Shown here in pieces: positions 41,901 through 50,310 of a DNA stretch of 64,000 nt. Under the pieces are notes generated by a model that searched no databases, was not told where the DNA came from, and was given only the letters and a program-made list of their open reading frames with translations. Within the stretch, counting starts at the first letter, position 1. The number at the start of each line of letters is the position of its first letter. This DNA is from an uncultured Bacteroidota bacterium (GTDB lineage: Bacteria > Bacteroidota > Bacteroidia > AKYH767-A > JABDAW01). Where the stretch lies: the NCBI GenBank assembly GCA_903844645.1, contig CAIMUP010000006.1:2055-66054 (forward strand). Reading direction: 5' to 3'. Position numbers and translations under genes: made by a program.

Positions 41901-43550
41901 AGCATTTGTAGCACCGGTGGACCAAAGGTAGGTGAAGGTGGGTCCGATTGCGCCACAGGTATTGCTGTTGGTGTAGAGCGTTCCTGAATTACAGAAATGC
42001 ACGGTATCCTGATTGCTGGGAATGATATACACCTTCTTCATATCGCGGTTGCAGGCAGAATCGGTGCGGATATAATAATCATAGGGCTGGCGGGCTGTAT
42101 CTATTGCTCGGGCAATAAAAATATCGCTGCTGCCATGCGATAGCCAATGTTCATAGTTATCATAATTAGTATCGTTACAGTACCCGCTTACACAGCCATC
42201 AACCAATGAATAATTATAGCCGATAAGTTTTGAATGCTGCACCGGAAAATTAATCTTCTTATAAAATCCGCCAGTTATCAATATCTGTCCGGTGGTATCT
42301 ATCGCGATGCCGGTTCCGTTATCGTTATATTGTCCTCCTGTTTGACGACTCCAGAGCCACGTGCCGGAAGGATTCCACTTCGATACATAGATATCCCAAT
42401 ACCCTATGCTATTAAAAGTTCCTTGTCCGTAATGGTCGGCATATTCTGCGAGGCGACACTGAAAGTTGCCGAGTACGCACAGGTTGTTCGAGCGATCTAC
42501 CGCCATATTTTTTACTGTAAAACCAGCATCGGAGCCTGATGTAGTATTCCAAATCATATTCCCTGCGCCATTAAACTTTGCCAAGAAGATTCGGTTGGAA
42601 TATGTATTCGTCAGCGTAGTGTTATTAGGGCAGGAGTAGAAGGTGAGATCGCCCTGGAAATCGCCTGCGACAATCATATTCCCGATATTATCCACTGCGA
42701 TGGCTCGTGGAATTTCCAAGCCGCCACCGCCAGCCTTTCGGAACCATAATTCGTTGCCACTGGCATCGTATTTAAGAATGAACAAAGCATTATACATTTG
42801 GTTATCGTGCTGCACATCGAAGGTGATGGTATCGCTGAATTGCCCCGTTACATAAGCATTCCCCCATGCATCGCAAGCGATGGCAAGTCCGCGGTCATCG
42901 GCGGGTCCAGAGCCTTTCTTAGCCCATAGAAAATTGCCATTGGCATCTAATTTGGTCGTGAAAACATCCACGCTGCCATTCATGCTGATTAAATTAATAC
43001 TCCCAAACATCGCCGAGCCGGAAAACTGCCCAGTAACGATGACATTCCCCGAAAAATCTACCGCGATTCCATTCCCAATATCGCCACCGGTGCCGCCACA
43101 ACTCTTTGCCCATTGGCAGATGCCCCCACTGTCATATTTCGCTATGAAAATATCTTGCAATCCGGCAGCAGTAACCGTGTATGCCCCGAAATGCGCCGTC
43201 CCATAAAAATACCCCGTAACGTAACTATTCCCAATCGCATCTACCTTGATGGCGGTGGGGCGGTCAATGCCCGTTCCACCCGCTTTTATTGCCCAATCAT
43301 ATTCCCCGGAATGGTTCAGCTTGACGATATAAATATCCGTGTTGCCGGCAGCATGCAAGGTCGTCGTTCCGAAGGTGGCATAGGTCGTGAAATACCCCGT
43401 CGAATACGAATTTCCGTTCGCATCGGTCGCAATATCCACCCCCTCATCAATGGTGATGCCGCCAGCCCGTTGCACCCAATATTGCTGGGCGATGCAAGTG
43501 AAAAACGTAACGTGAAGAATGAAAAGAATCAGCACTAATTTTTTGGTCAT
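38973..43550 (-). CDS. T9SS type B (gliding motility-associated C-terminal domain) protein with SBBP beta-propeller and PKD domains
   Basis: Repeats DIFIAKYDxxGxxxWAKxxGG, four PKD domains (WxFGD...P.H.Y) and C-terminal NTFTPNGDGIND..IFNRWG..WNG..DGTYYY. Confidence 0.92.
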   Translation of the reverse strand: MTKKLVLILFILHVTFFTCIAQQYWVQRAGGITIDEGVDIATDANGNSYSTGYFTTYATFGTTTLHAAGNTDIYIVKLNHSGEYDWAIKAGGTGIDRPTAIKVDAIGNSYVTGYFYGTAHFGAYTVTAAGLQDIFIAKYDSGGICQWAKSCGGTGGDIGNGIAVDFSGNVIVTGQFSGSAMFGSINLISMNGSVDVFTTKLDANGNFLWAKKGSGPADDRGLAIACDAWGNAYVTGQFSDTITFDVQHDNQMYNALFILKYDASGNELWFRKAGGGGLEIPRAIAVDNIGNMIVAGDFQGDLTFYSCPNNTTLTNTYSNRIFLAKFNGAGNMIWNTTSGSDAGFTVKNMAVDRSNNLCVLGNFQCRLAEYADHYGQGTFNSIGYWDIYVSKWNPSGTWLWSRQTGGQYNDNGTGIAIDTTGQILITGGFYKKINFPVQHSKLIGYNYSLVDGCVSGYCNDTNYDNYEHWLSHGSSDIFIARAIDTARQPYDYYIRTDSACNRDMKKVYIIPSNQDTVHFCNSGTLYTNSNTCGAIGPTFTYLWSTGATNANLYSVTVSGSYWVRQTTEDGCFVSSDSMYVMIHPTPPKPTITDDHVINTNAINPSPIVLCPAGPVLLTGRDSIMNQYQWNGGPLNDSTLVVNYSGQYTFTVTDSFGCNNSNYVQVIMDSALVPIIPGMLCIQDTLGSDTISICQGLPFAMFVFDTLTNPNASVLCSPYLAYDPYALSSNPDNPLIYWTVTPNTFTYNDITSNCFSNPPDGNNFVPNQSSLYTITAMILRATACDSDTVVISRSIYVRVVPIPTAAISGNPFYCLGDSTLLTASSGDIYTWSTPITNSIHLDSLWVSTEGLYSLTVTNVGGCSAITSTIVTTNIQPIINSIPSSGFICPNDSAELICTGAGNYLWQGPGGPIGGNTSTMYAAEPGIYYCIVLDNNGCLLVTNEIEIAQYTTPYLQLPPNTTFCTGDSVLLTIVTNPNSTVLWNAPLSGNGLTEYVHASGTYTCSITSCGITTTATATVLESNPSAMIISNNQVLCAGDSLVLFGNAGMMTYHWLPGGSNFINDTVAQPGVYRLMITDSSGCSAMDSVVVTTATNAVTSAFDAAPLVGCEPLTVTFNNTSINGTSYQWSFGDNGFSNLQNPSHIYTASGSYSVKLITFNTNPCGTFSDTVIMTNYITIYPKPIAAFTADTMIGCVPFTVNFTNTSSNAIYYHWNFGNLDTSNLMNPTTTYTQAGIYTITLVASNTGGCNDTSHLTYLSIVSPPVILSAFAADTLFGCNPLTVTFTNASTNGTSYLWSFGDSTISFATNPTHTFTDSGLFTIKLITINDTSICGRVMDSSIQKDYIYIQDSMKITSNFSGTPLTGCIPLAITISNTSTNGSNYYWNFGNGQTSTDAIPTNIIYDVAGTYKISFITTNPNAKCAAPADTMFLDITADSCLIIGSNTFTPNGDGINDYFTIDAEGYSHYHLEIFNRWGQLLFESYQPQYRWNGYDAAGNEVPDGTYYYIFGAVSPTDKPVGRSGYITLIR

Positions 43551-43673
43551 CGGGGATAAATGGGCGATTAAAAAGCGATTATTCGAAGAAGGGGTTGAAT
43601 TATAAAACGCAACTTTTACGAGAAGTCCCCGATTTTGGTTGCATAGAATGGAATAAGAGGGTTTTTCAATAGG

Positions 43674-43827
43674 AAAACGCTTCTCTTGGCGACCGAGAGC
43701 GTTCTCTTGGTGTCCCCCGCGATGGCGGTGGTGCCCAAAAAAGTGGCGGTGGCGTTCCCCGCGATGGCGGCGGTGTCCAAAAAAGTGGCGGTGGCGTCCA
43801 CCGCCACTTTTTTGGACGCCACCGCCA
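43674..43827. repeat. 21/42-bp GC-rich array ending in a 30-bp fold-back
   Basis: Alternating CCCGCGATGGCGGTGGTGTCC / AAAAAAGTGGCGGTGGCGTCC units. 43765-43794 and 43798-43827 are inverted (28/30) with a 3-nt loop. Confidence 0.92.
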
Positions 43828-43876
43828 AGGTATTTTCGCTAATAATTTTCCCATCCGTTTATTTTCTTTGCCCTGT

Positions 43877-45019
43877 ATGAACTTAAAAATGGGTATAACG
43901 AATAAAATCTTCCGCCTGCTGCTATTGTTGTCCGCCGTTTTGGTGAATAACAACCTCGTTTTAGGGCAAGATTTTATCAATTCCGATGGCAAGGAAGAGC
44001 TTATTGTCGGAGCCAATGCCCATTACGGATGGGTCATTGTGCATCATGCCAGCTTCCGGAATTTAATAACAGGGCATACCCGCGCTTTTGAAGTCAATAT
44101 TGGGAAACAAACCATCCACAAGAACAGTTGGAACGAGTATTATCGCTACCCGACCGTCGGCATCAGTTATTACTTCGCCGACATCGGCAATCCTGCCCAG
44201 TTAGGCTATGTTGATGCCCTATACTCCTGGATAAACTTCCCCTTGGTTCGTAGTAAAGCCCAGACTTTCAGCTTTCGCCTCGGAACCGGTTTGGGATACA
44301 TCACGAAGAAGTTTGATCGCGTAGAAAACTACAAGAATGAGGTCATTGGATCGCACATTAACGGAGTCATGCACTTCAATTTTATGAATGCCTTTAACCT
44401 TACGCGGCAGTTGGCATTTTATACCAATATCGGCATTACCCATTTGAGTAACGGGGCTTACAAAACGCCTAACCTGGGCATCAATATTTGTACTGGCAGT
44501 GCCGGTTTCAGCTACCGGTTCGGCAAAGATACGCTGCACTTCCCGAAGCACCGCGAACGGCTTCCTTTTATCAATAAAAAGTGGCATTACAACCTCCTGA
44601 TTGCTGGCGGCGCGAAGGAAGTAGTGCCCCCTGATGGTCAAAAATTCTTCGTTTATACCGTTTCTGCCCTCGCTTTGCGGAAAATGGGGTATAAAAGCAG
44701 CCTCGGATTGGGGCTGGATTACTTCCACGATGCTTCTTTGCAAGCCCTCCACCTCGGCGATAGCAATAACATCGGGAAACCGTTTACTACGGGGCGGGTG
44801 GGCATCTATGCGGCGCATGAATTGCAGATTAATAAGGTCAATATCGTTATGAATATCGGGTATTATCTCCTCGATGATTACAAAGCGAATGGAGCGATCT
44901 ACAACCGGCTTGGTTTCAAGTATTATTTCCTTCAAAACCTGTGTGCAAATGTTACTTTAAAGACCCACTGGGCGAAGGCTGATTTCCTGGAGCTGGGCAT
45001 TGGTTATAAAATTAAATAA
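43877..45019 (+). CDS. Outer membrane beta-barrel, acyloxyacyl hydrolase / PagL-like family
   Basis: Signal peptide, Y.YPTVG, ITHLSNGAYKTPNLGIN and C-terminal LKTHWAKADFLELGIGY. Start at 43877 or 43889. Confidence 0.8.
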   Translation: MNLKMGITNKIFRLLLLLSAVLVNNNLVLGQDFINSDGKEELIVGANAHYGWVIVHHASFRNLITGHTRAFEVNIGKQTIHKNSWNEYYRYPTVGISYYFADIGNPAQLGYVDALYSWINFPLVRSKAQTFSFRLGTGLGYITKKFDRVENYKNEVIGSHINGVMHFNFMNAFNLTRQLAFYTNIGITHLSNGAYKTPNLGINICTGSAGFSYRFGKDTLHFPKHRERLPFINKKWHYNLLIAGGAKEVVPPDGQKFFVYTVSALALRKMGYKSSLGLGLDYFHDASLQALHLGDSNNIGKPFTTGRVGIYAAHELQINKVNIVMNIGYYLLDDYKANGAIYNRLGFKYYFLQNLCANVTLKTHWAKADFLELGIGYKIK

Positions 45020-45022
45020 ATC

Positions 45023-45760
45023 ATGAAGAAGAACATCCTTTTGCCTCTCCTTTCGTTCCTTTTAGTCCTCCAATTCAGTTGTAAAAACGACCCCTTGGCA
45101 GATTGTTTTTACAGTACGGGTAAGATTACTTCCGAAAGCCGCGAGTGCAGCCAGAACTTCAGTACCATCACGGTTTATGACAACATTAATTTGATCTATA
45201 CCGATGATTCCGTTGCCAGTATCCGCGTGGAAGCCGGCAACAATCTGCTGTCCGACATTACATCCGACATTACCGATGGCAACCTGATCCTGCACAACAA
45301 TAATCGCTGCAATTGGGTCCGCCGATTCGATATTCCGGTGAACATTTATGTCCATTCCAATACGGTTACGAAACTGGTCGGTCGCAATTCCGGAAATATC
45401 ACTTCTGCGAATATTATTCATCGCCTCGTTTTTGAATTCCAGGGCTGGAGTTCGACCCATTTCGACCTCTCGATGGAGGTCAATGAACTCGATTGCAGCC
45501 TCAACCTCGATGCCTGCGATGCTACCGTTCGCGGACATGCTAATACTTGCTTTTTGTGGAGTGCCGGCAATGGCGAATTCCATGGCGAAAGCCTCGTATG
45601 CGACTTTCTTTCGCTCACCAATATGAGCACGGGGGATGTTTTCGTCAATACCCCCTCGGTTTTGTGGGTAAATATTCTCGATGAAGGCAATGTTTATTAC
45701 AAGGGCAACCCTTCTATAGCTGCCGTGGTTAAAGGCGTTGGGCGATTAATCAAGGAATAG
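45023..45760 (+). CDS. DUF2807 / head GIN domain lipoprotein
   Basis: Lipobox FSC, RVEAGNNLL, N.CNWVR, GNVYYKGNP. Confidence 0.8.
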   Translation: MKKNILLPLLSFLLVLQFSCKNDPLADCFYSTGKITSESRECSQNFSTITVYDNINLIYTDDSVASIRVEAGNNLLSDITSDITDGNLILHNNNRCNWVRRFDIPVNIYVHSNTVTKLVGRNSGNITSANIIHRLVFEFQGWSSTHFDLSMEVNELDCSLNLDACDATVRGHANTCFLWSAGNGEFHGESLVCDFLSLTNMSTGDVFVNTPSVLWVNILDEGNVYYKGNPSIAAVVKGVGRLIKE

Positions 45761-45828
45761 GTTTTTAATGGAAATCGGGGTTGAAATTAGCGTAATTGAC
45801 CTCCATAAAACAAAAGTTTAAGCCTACT

Positions 45829-45965
45829 ATCTTACGCTAATTGCCTGCTCACTTACGCTAATTGCCTGTTCACTTACGCTAATTCTGACCTCACTTACGC
45901 TAATTGCCTGCTCACTTACGCAAACTATCAGCCCACTTACGCAAATGCTGACCTCGGTTACGCTT
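45829..45965. repeat. 21-bp tandem array, 7 units, with an upstream inverted core
   Basis: CTTACGC cores every 21 nt from 45831 to 45957. AATTAGCGTAA at 45785-45795 is an inverted copy of the core. Confidence 0.92.
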
Positions 45966-46048
45966 TTTATTGGATTCATAGCGGCTATTTTCAGGGATAT
46001 AATCTTTTCCTTGGCGATGCGTTCTTATGCCATAAAGAATATTATAAA

Positions 46049-46564
46049 ATGAAAACCGCAACGTACATTTTCCTCGCCATTTTTCTTTCTAATTTAATGG
46101 CATGTGCCCAAAATAAAGGCAAAGAAGGAGCTACTAATCCGAACACTAATTCAAATACTAAAACTATGAATGATACCGTCGTAAAAACCGATGAAGAATG
46201 GAAGAAAATCCTCACTCCCGAGCAGTATCGGGTAACGCGGGAAGCCGGCACCGAGCGGGCTTTCAGCGGTGCACTCTGGGATAATAAAAAGAAAGGAACG
46301 TACTATTGCATCTGTTGCGATAATCCGCTATTTTCATCCGATACCAAGTTTGAATCGAGCTGTGGCTGGCCCAGTTTTTTCGCTCCGCTGAACAAAGAAC
46401 ATGTGAAAGAAAACGTGGATCGCGGCTTCGGCATGGTGCGTACCGAGGTGGTCTGCAATCGTTGCGGAGCACACCTCGGGCATGTCTTTGAAGACGGTCC
46501 GAAACCTACGGGATTGCGCTATTGCATGAATTCTGCTTCGATGAAGTTCAAGGAAGACAAATAG
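46049..46564 (+). CDS. msrB: Peptide methionine sulfoxide reductase B with N-terminal signal
   Basis: GTERAFSG, CxxC pairs, [24 protein letters not shown]. Confidence 0.95.
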   Translation: MKTATYIFLAIFLSNLMACAQNKGKEGATNPNTNSNTKTMNDTVVKTDEEWKKILTPEQYRVTREAGTERAFSGALWDNKKKGTYYCICCDNPLFSSDTKFESSCGWPSFFAPLNKEHVKENVDRGFGMVRTEVVCNRCGAHLGHVFEDGPKPTGLRYCMNSASMKFKEDK

Positions 46565-46670
46565 TTCGTCGGAATCGGGGAATAGAATATCCCGCCCTGC
46601 CATCCGTCATAAGGAATATGACCTTTAATTGGAAATTTTTCCTATCTTTGCACCGCAAATAATAAAAACT

Positions 46671-47738
46671 ATGGCAAAAGTAACATTTAATAATAAGATT
46701 TCCCCCTTCTTCGATACCCTTCGGGAGCGGGTGGATGCCTATTTCGCGACGAATAATATCAAACAAACGGGGAATTATAAGCTATACACCAAAACTATTG
46801 TCCTCGCGGTGGGGGTACTGGCGACTTATGCCGTGTTGGTGTTTCTGAATCCGCCTGTTTGGTTGGCAATTATCCTTTGTTGTATCTTCGGGCTGAACCT
46901 CGCTGCTATCGGCTTCAACGTGATGCACGACGGGGCACACGGAAGTTTCAGTTCTCGCAAATGGGTGAATAATTTCGGGGCATTTACCCTGAATATGATG
47001 GGCGGAAGTTCCTATATCTGGAAGATAAAACACAATATCAACCACCATACTTTCACTAATATCGAGGGGATGGACAGCGATATTGACATTAAGTTCTGGA
47101 TGCGCCTCCACAAGGAACAAAAGCACTATTGGTTTCATAAATTCCAGTATCTTTATTTCATTATTTTCTACGGCAGCTCCTATTTGATGTGGGTTTATTA
47201 CCTCGATTTCGCGAAATACTTCTCCTCCAAGATCAGCACCACCAGTTTCCGCAGGATGGAGCTTAAAGACCACTTTTCGTTCTGGATTTCCAAGGTCGTT
47301 TATACTGGTTTTTTCATCGTCATTCCCATCATTTTGGTCGGCTTAATCCCAACCCTCATCGGTTATTCCATCACGGTCATTGTTTGCGGCATCACCATCA
47401 GCATCGTATTCCAATTAGCCCACATTGTGGAACATACCGAGTTCCCGATGCCTGATTTAATCACCAATAAAATCGAAACCGAGTGGGCGATTCATCAAGT
47501 AATTACCACTGCCGATTTTGCTACGCACAACAAGTTCATCAGTTGGTATGTCGGGGGTCTGAATTTCCAGGTCATCCACCATTTATTCCCGAAAGTGAGT
47601 CACATTCATTACCCGAATATCTATCAAATAGTGAAGGATACCTGCGAACAATATAACGTCCCTTACAAGGAATATCCGACTATTTTCAGCGCGATTAAAT
47701 CTCACGTTTCGCAGTTGAAAGAACTCGGCGTTCAGTAA
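46671..47738 (+). CDS. Fatty acid (acyl-CoA) desaturase
   Basis: His boxes HDGAH, HNINHH and QVIHHLFP. TATCTTTG promoter at 46643-46650. Confidence 0.93.
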   Translation: MAKVTFNNKISPFFDTLRERVDAYFATNNIKQTGNYKLYTKTIVLAVGVLATYAVLVFLNPPVWLAIILCCIFGLNLAAIGFNVMHDGAHGSFSSRKWVNNFGAFTLNMMGGSSYIWKIKHNINHHTFTNIEGMDSDIDIKFWMRLHKEQKHYWFHKFQYLYFIIFYGSSYLMWVYYLDFAKYFSSKISTTSFRRMELKDHFSFWISKVVYTGFFIVIPIILVGLIPTLIGYSITVIVCGITISIVFQLAHIVEHTEFPMPDLITNKIETEWAIHQVITTADFATHNKFISWYVGGLNFQVIHHLFPKVSHIHYPNIYQIVKDTCEQYNVPYKEYPTIFSAIKSHVSQLKELGVQ

Positions 47739-47919
47739 AATTATTCACCCTTTTCCTTGAATTAAATCATCGTTGTTCTTCTGCTTCCCAAAACATTCCG
47801 CAATTTCGCGCCATGTTAATAGCTGATTCCGATACCGCTAAATTTCAATCCCCGAAGATATTCTCGATGAAAATCGGGCTTCGCCTATTGGCAGCCAAAA
47901 ATTTCATCTCGAGATGCAA

Positions 47920-48006
47920 CTCTTATTAAATACCAAAAATCACAGTTTTTATTCCCTGAAACACCCGTTTTGTAACGGTAATGGAGGGGTTTTGGAGGAG
48001 TTAATG
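47920..48006 (+). repeat. Dispersed 87-bp intergenic element, copy B
   Basis: Matches 28632-28718 and sits ~30 nt before a 21-bp array. Confidence 0.8.
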
Positions 48007-48035
48007 AGGATTAATTTCTCTTTAATTTTGGAAAT

Positions 48036-48170
48036 CGCTTACCTGCCCATGCCGCTGTCTCACTTGCCCGTACCGCTGTCTCACTTGCCCGTGCCGCTGT
48101 CTCACTTGCCCGTTCCGCTGTCTCACTTGCCCGTGCCGCTGTCTCACTTGCCCGTGCCGTTGTCTCACAT
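48036..48170. repeat. 21-bp tandem array, ~6 units
   Basis: CCGCTGTCTCACTTGCCCGTG. Confidence 0.95.
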
Positions 48171-48349
48171 GTTTTTCAAATAAAATAAAATTTAAATATA
48201 CTATTAACTTACTAAAATTAAACAATGGAAACTTTACAACAGAGAATTAACAGATGGTTTTTTAAACCTTAAACTTTTTTTGTTGGAGATGTATTGCCAT
48301 GTAAAAAACTTTGTTTAACTTTGTAGTCTAATAATTATAAAATAATAAG

Positions 48350-50233
48350 ATGAAACAAAAATTACATTCCACCAAAATCTTTGCAGCAGCCCTCGCGATG
48401 CTGCTCCTAATCCTCACCGGCAGCGTCGCCAATGCCTGCAATGCCAACTTTACCCACACCAATGTCTGTGTCGGCGACACTATCTGGTTTTATGCAGCCG
48501 ACCAATACGCAGTCTATACTTGGGACTTCGGCGACTCGACCTCGATGACCAACATTAATCATGACACCGCCACGTTTCATGTCTATCAAAACACGGGTAC
48601 CTATTACGTTACTCTTTTCGTGAATATCGGGGCAGAATGGGATTATCTGACGCAGATAATTACGGTTGGCACGACCTGTTTTAATGCAGGCTTCACCACC
48701 GTTTGTGGCGGTTCTTACATGGAAACATTTAACGATGTCAGCATCGGGAATATGACCTATCGTCGCTGGACTTTTGGGGAGCCTTCATCAGGACCAGACG
48801 ATACTTCCTTTCTTTGGAATCCGTACCATACCTATGCCGCAGCAGGGAATTACAGCGTTACCTTAATCGTATCCGATGGAGTAAATACAGACACCTTGAC
48901 GCAGGTCGTGGTCGTTCCCGCAAACTGCATCTCGGCAAATATCGGGACGAATATCATGGGTAATTGCTACAACGATTCTACGCATTACAATGTTTATTAT
49001 ACCGGCACTATCACGTCCTATTCCTGGGACTTTGGCGACCCGAACAGCGGAGCAGATAATTATTCTACGCTTGCCATTCCGGCACATCTTTACACCGCCA
49101 TCGGGACGTATGTCGTTCGATTAATTATCACGGATGGCACGAGTACCGATACGATATATAGCGTTCAGATAGTGGCAGATTGTACCTGCTGGGCAGGCGA
49201 TTGCAACCGCGATGGCGAAGTGAATGGCGAAGATATTTTCGCTATCGGCATCTATTATGGAAGCCACGGCTTGACACGACCAAATGCCAGCAACAGCTTC
49301 ACTTCGCAGCCTTCTACCGATTGGAGTTCGGTGATGTGGAACTATATGTACCTGCAAGTTTTGGCTGATAAAAAATATGCCGATTGCAATGGCGACAGCA
49401 CCATCAATTCCTTGGATATGATCGCGATTAATAACAACTATGGCATGCACCATAATACCCACAACAACCGCTCCGCAATGCCCGAAGCTTTACCAACCGA
49501 TCCTGCGATGTATCTTCAGTTTCCGGTAAGTTCCACACCCGATGGCAGTGTGATTACCGCAACGATAAATTTGGGTACATCGGCTATTCCGTTTACGTAT
49601 CTTTATGGCTATTCATTTACTATTAATTTTGATACCGCGTTGGTGATTCCAAACTCCACAACCGTTGATGTCAGCGGAAATTGGTTAGGTAATGCAACTA
49701 ATGAATTAAGCATTTCTCATGCCTATACCGACAGGATTGAGGAAGCAGTTGTTCGGTACGACCAAGTTCAGATAGCCGCAGGATACGGACAAATAGGAAC
49801 GGTTACTTTTCACATTCGCCCAAATGTTTTTGGTACGCTGCATGCCACGATTAACCCTACGGCAAAGGCTATCACAACGACCATGTTTAATAATACCGTA
49901 GCGAGTAATCAAGAAATTTTTAAACCTGTGAATTTAATGGGCAGCGACTTGGATATTTTTATCCCTGTAGGCATTAATGAAGCTGCGAGTAGTTACGATG
50001 GTATCTCTGTCTTCCCAAATCCTACGAATGAATTGTTGACCATCAGTCTTAATAAAACGGAAGCTACTGAAATTAAAATTACCAATACCTTGGGCAAGGT
50101 GGTTTACAGTGATAACGGGCAGTTCAAGACTACCCTTCAGGTAAATACATCTAATCTTTCGACAGGTATTTACTCCTTATCTTTAGTAACGAAGGACGGA
50201 ATACTTGTAAAGAAATTAAACATCATTAAATAA
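48350..50233 (+). CDS. T9SS type A protein with 3 PKD domains, a dockerin-like and a cohesin-like region
   Basis: WDFGD PKD motifs, GDCNRDGEVNGED and ADCNGDSTINSLD Ca-loops, YGYSFTINFD...GQIGTVTF, CTD VFPNPTN. TAACTTTG promoter at 48316-48323. Confidence 0.85.
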   Translation: MKQKLHSTKIFAAALAMLLLILTGSVANACNANFTHTNVCVGDTIWFYAADQYAVYTWDFGDSTSMTNINHDTATFHVYQNTGTYYVTLFVNIGAEWDYLTQIITVGTTCFNAGFTTVCGGSYMETFNDVSIGNMTYRRWTFGEPSSGPDDTSFLWNPYHTYAAAGNYSVTLIVSDGVNTDTLTQVVVVPANCISANIGTNIMGNCYNDSTHYNVYYTGTITSYSWDFGDPNSGADNYSTLAIPAHLYTAIGTYVVRLIITDGTSTDTIYSVQIVADCTCWAGDCNRDGEVNGEDIFAIGIYYGSHGLTRPNASNSFTSQPSTDWSSVMWNYMYLQVLADKKYADCNGDSTINSLDMIAINNNYGMHHNTHNNRSAMPEALPTDPAMYLQFPVSSTPDGSVITATINLGTSAIPFTYLYGYSFTINFDTALVIPNSTTVDVSGNWLGNATNELSISHAYTDRIEEAVVRYDQVQIAAGYGQIGTVTFHIRPNVFGTLHATINPTAKAITTTMFNNTVASNQEIFKPVNLMGSDLDIFIPVGINEAASSYDGISVFPNPTNELLTISLNKTEATEIKITNTLGKVVYSDNGQFKTTLQVNTSNLSTGIYSLSLVTKDGILVKKLNIIK

Positions 50234-50251
50234 AGGCATACCTTTTAATGT

Positions 50252-50290
50252 AAACAAAAAAGCGGCACACTATGTACCGCTTTTTTGTTT
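50252..50290. terminator. Bidirectional intrinsic terminator
   Basis: AAACAAAAAAGCGG...CCGCTTTTTTGTTT between convergent genes. Confidence 0.85.
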
Positions 50291-50310
50291 TATGATTCAG
50301 GAAGTATGCT

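Noticed and set aside
38973..43550. No adjacent PorP/SprF partner for the type B CTD protein
   Set aside because: Partners are often encoded elsewhere, so this cannot be judged from this window
44219..44935. 238-aa minus-strand ORF
   Set aside because: Fully antisense to the beta-barrel gene, with no recognisable motifs
22099..48225. Heptad-repeat ORFs over arrays (22099-22392, 26454-26807, 38474-38776, 43616-44016, 47914-48225)
   Set aside because: No shared peptide character between loci, poor start contexts, and multiple frames open at once; best explained as by-products of 21-bp repeats
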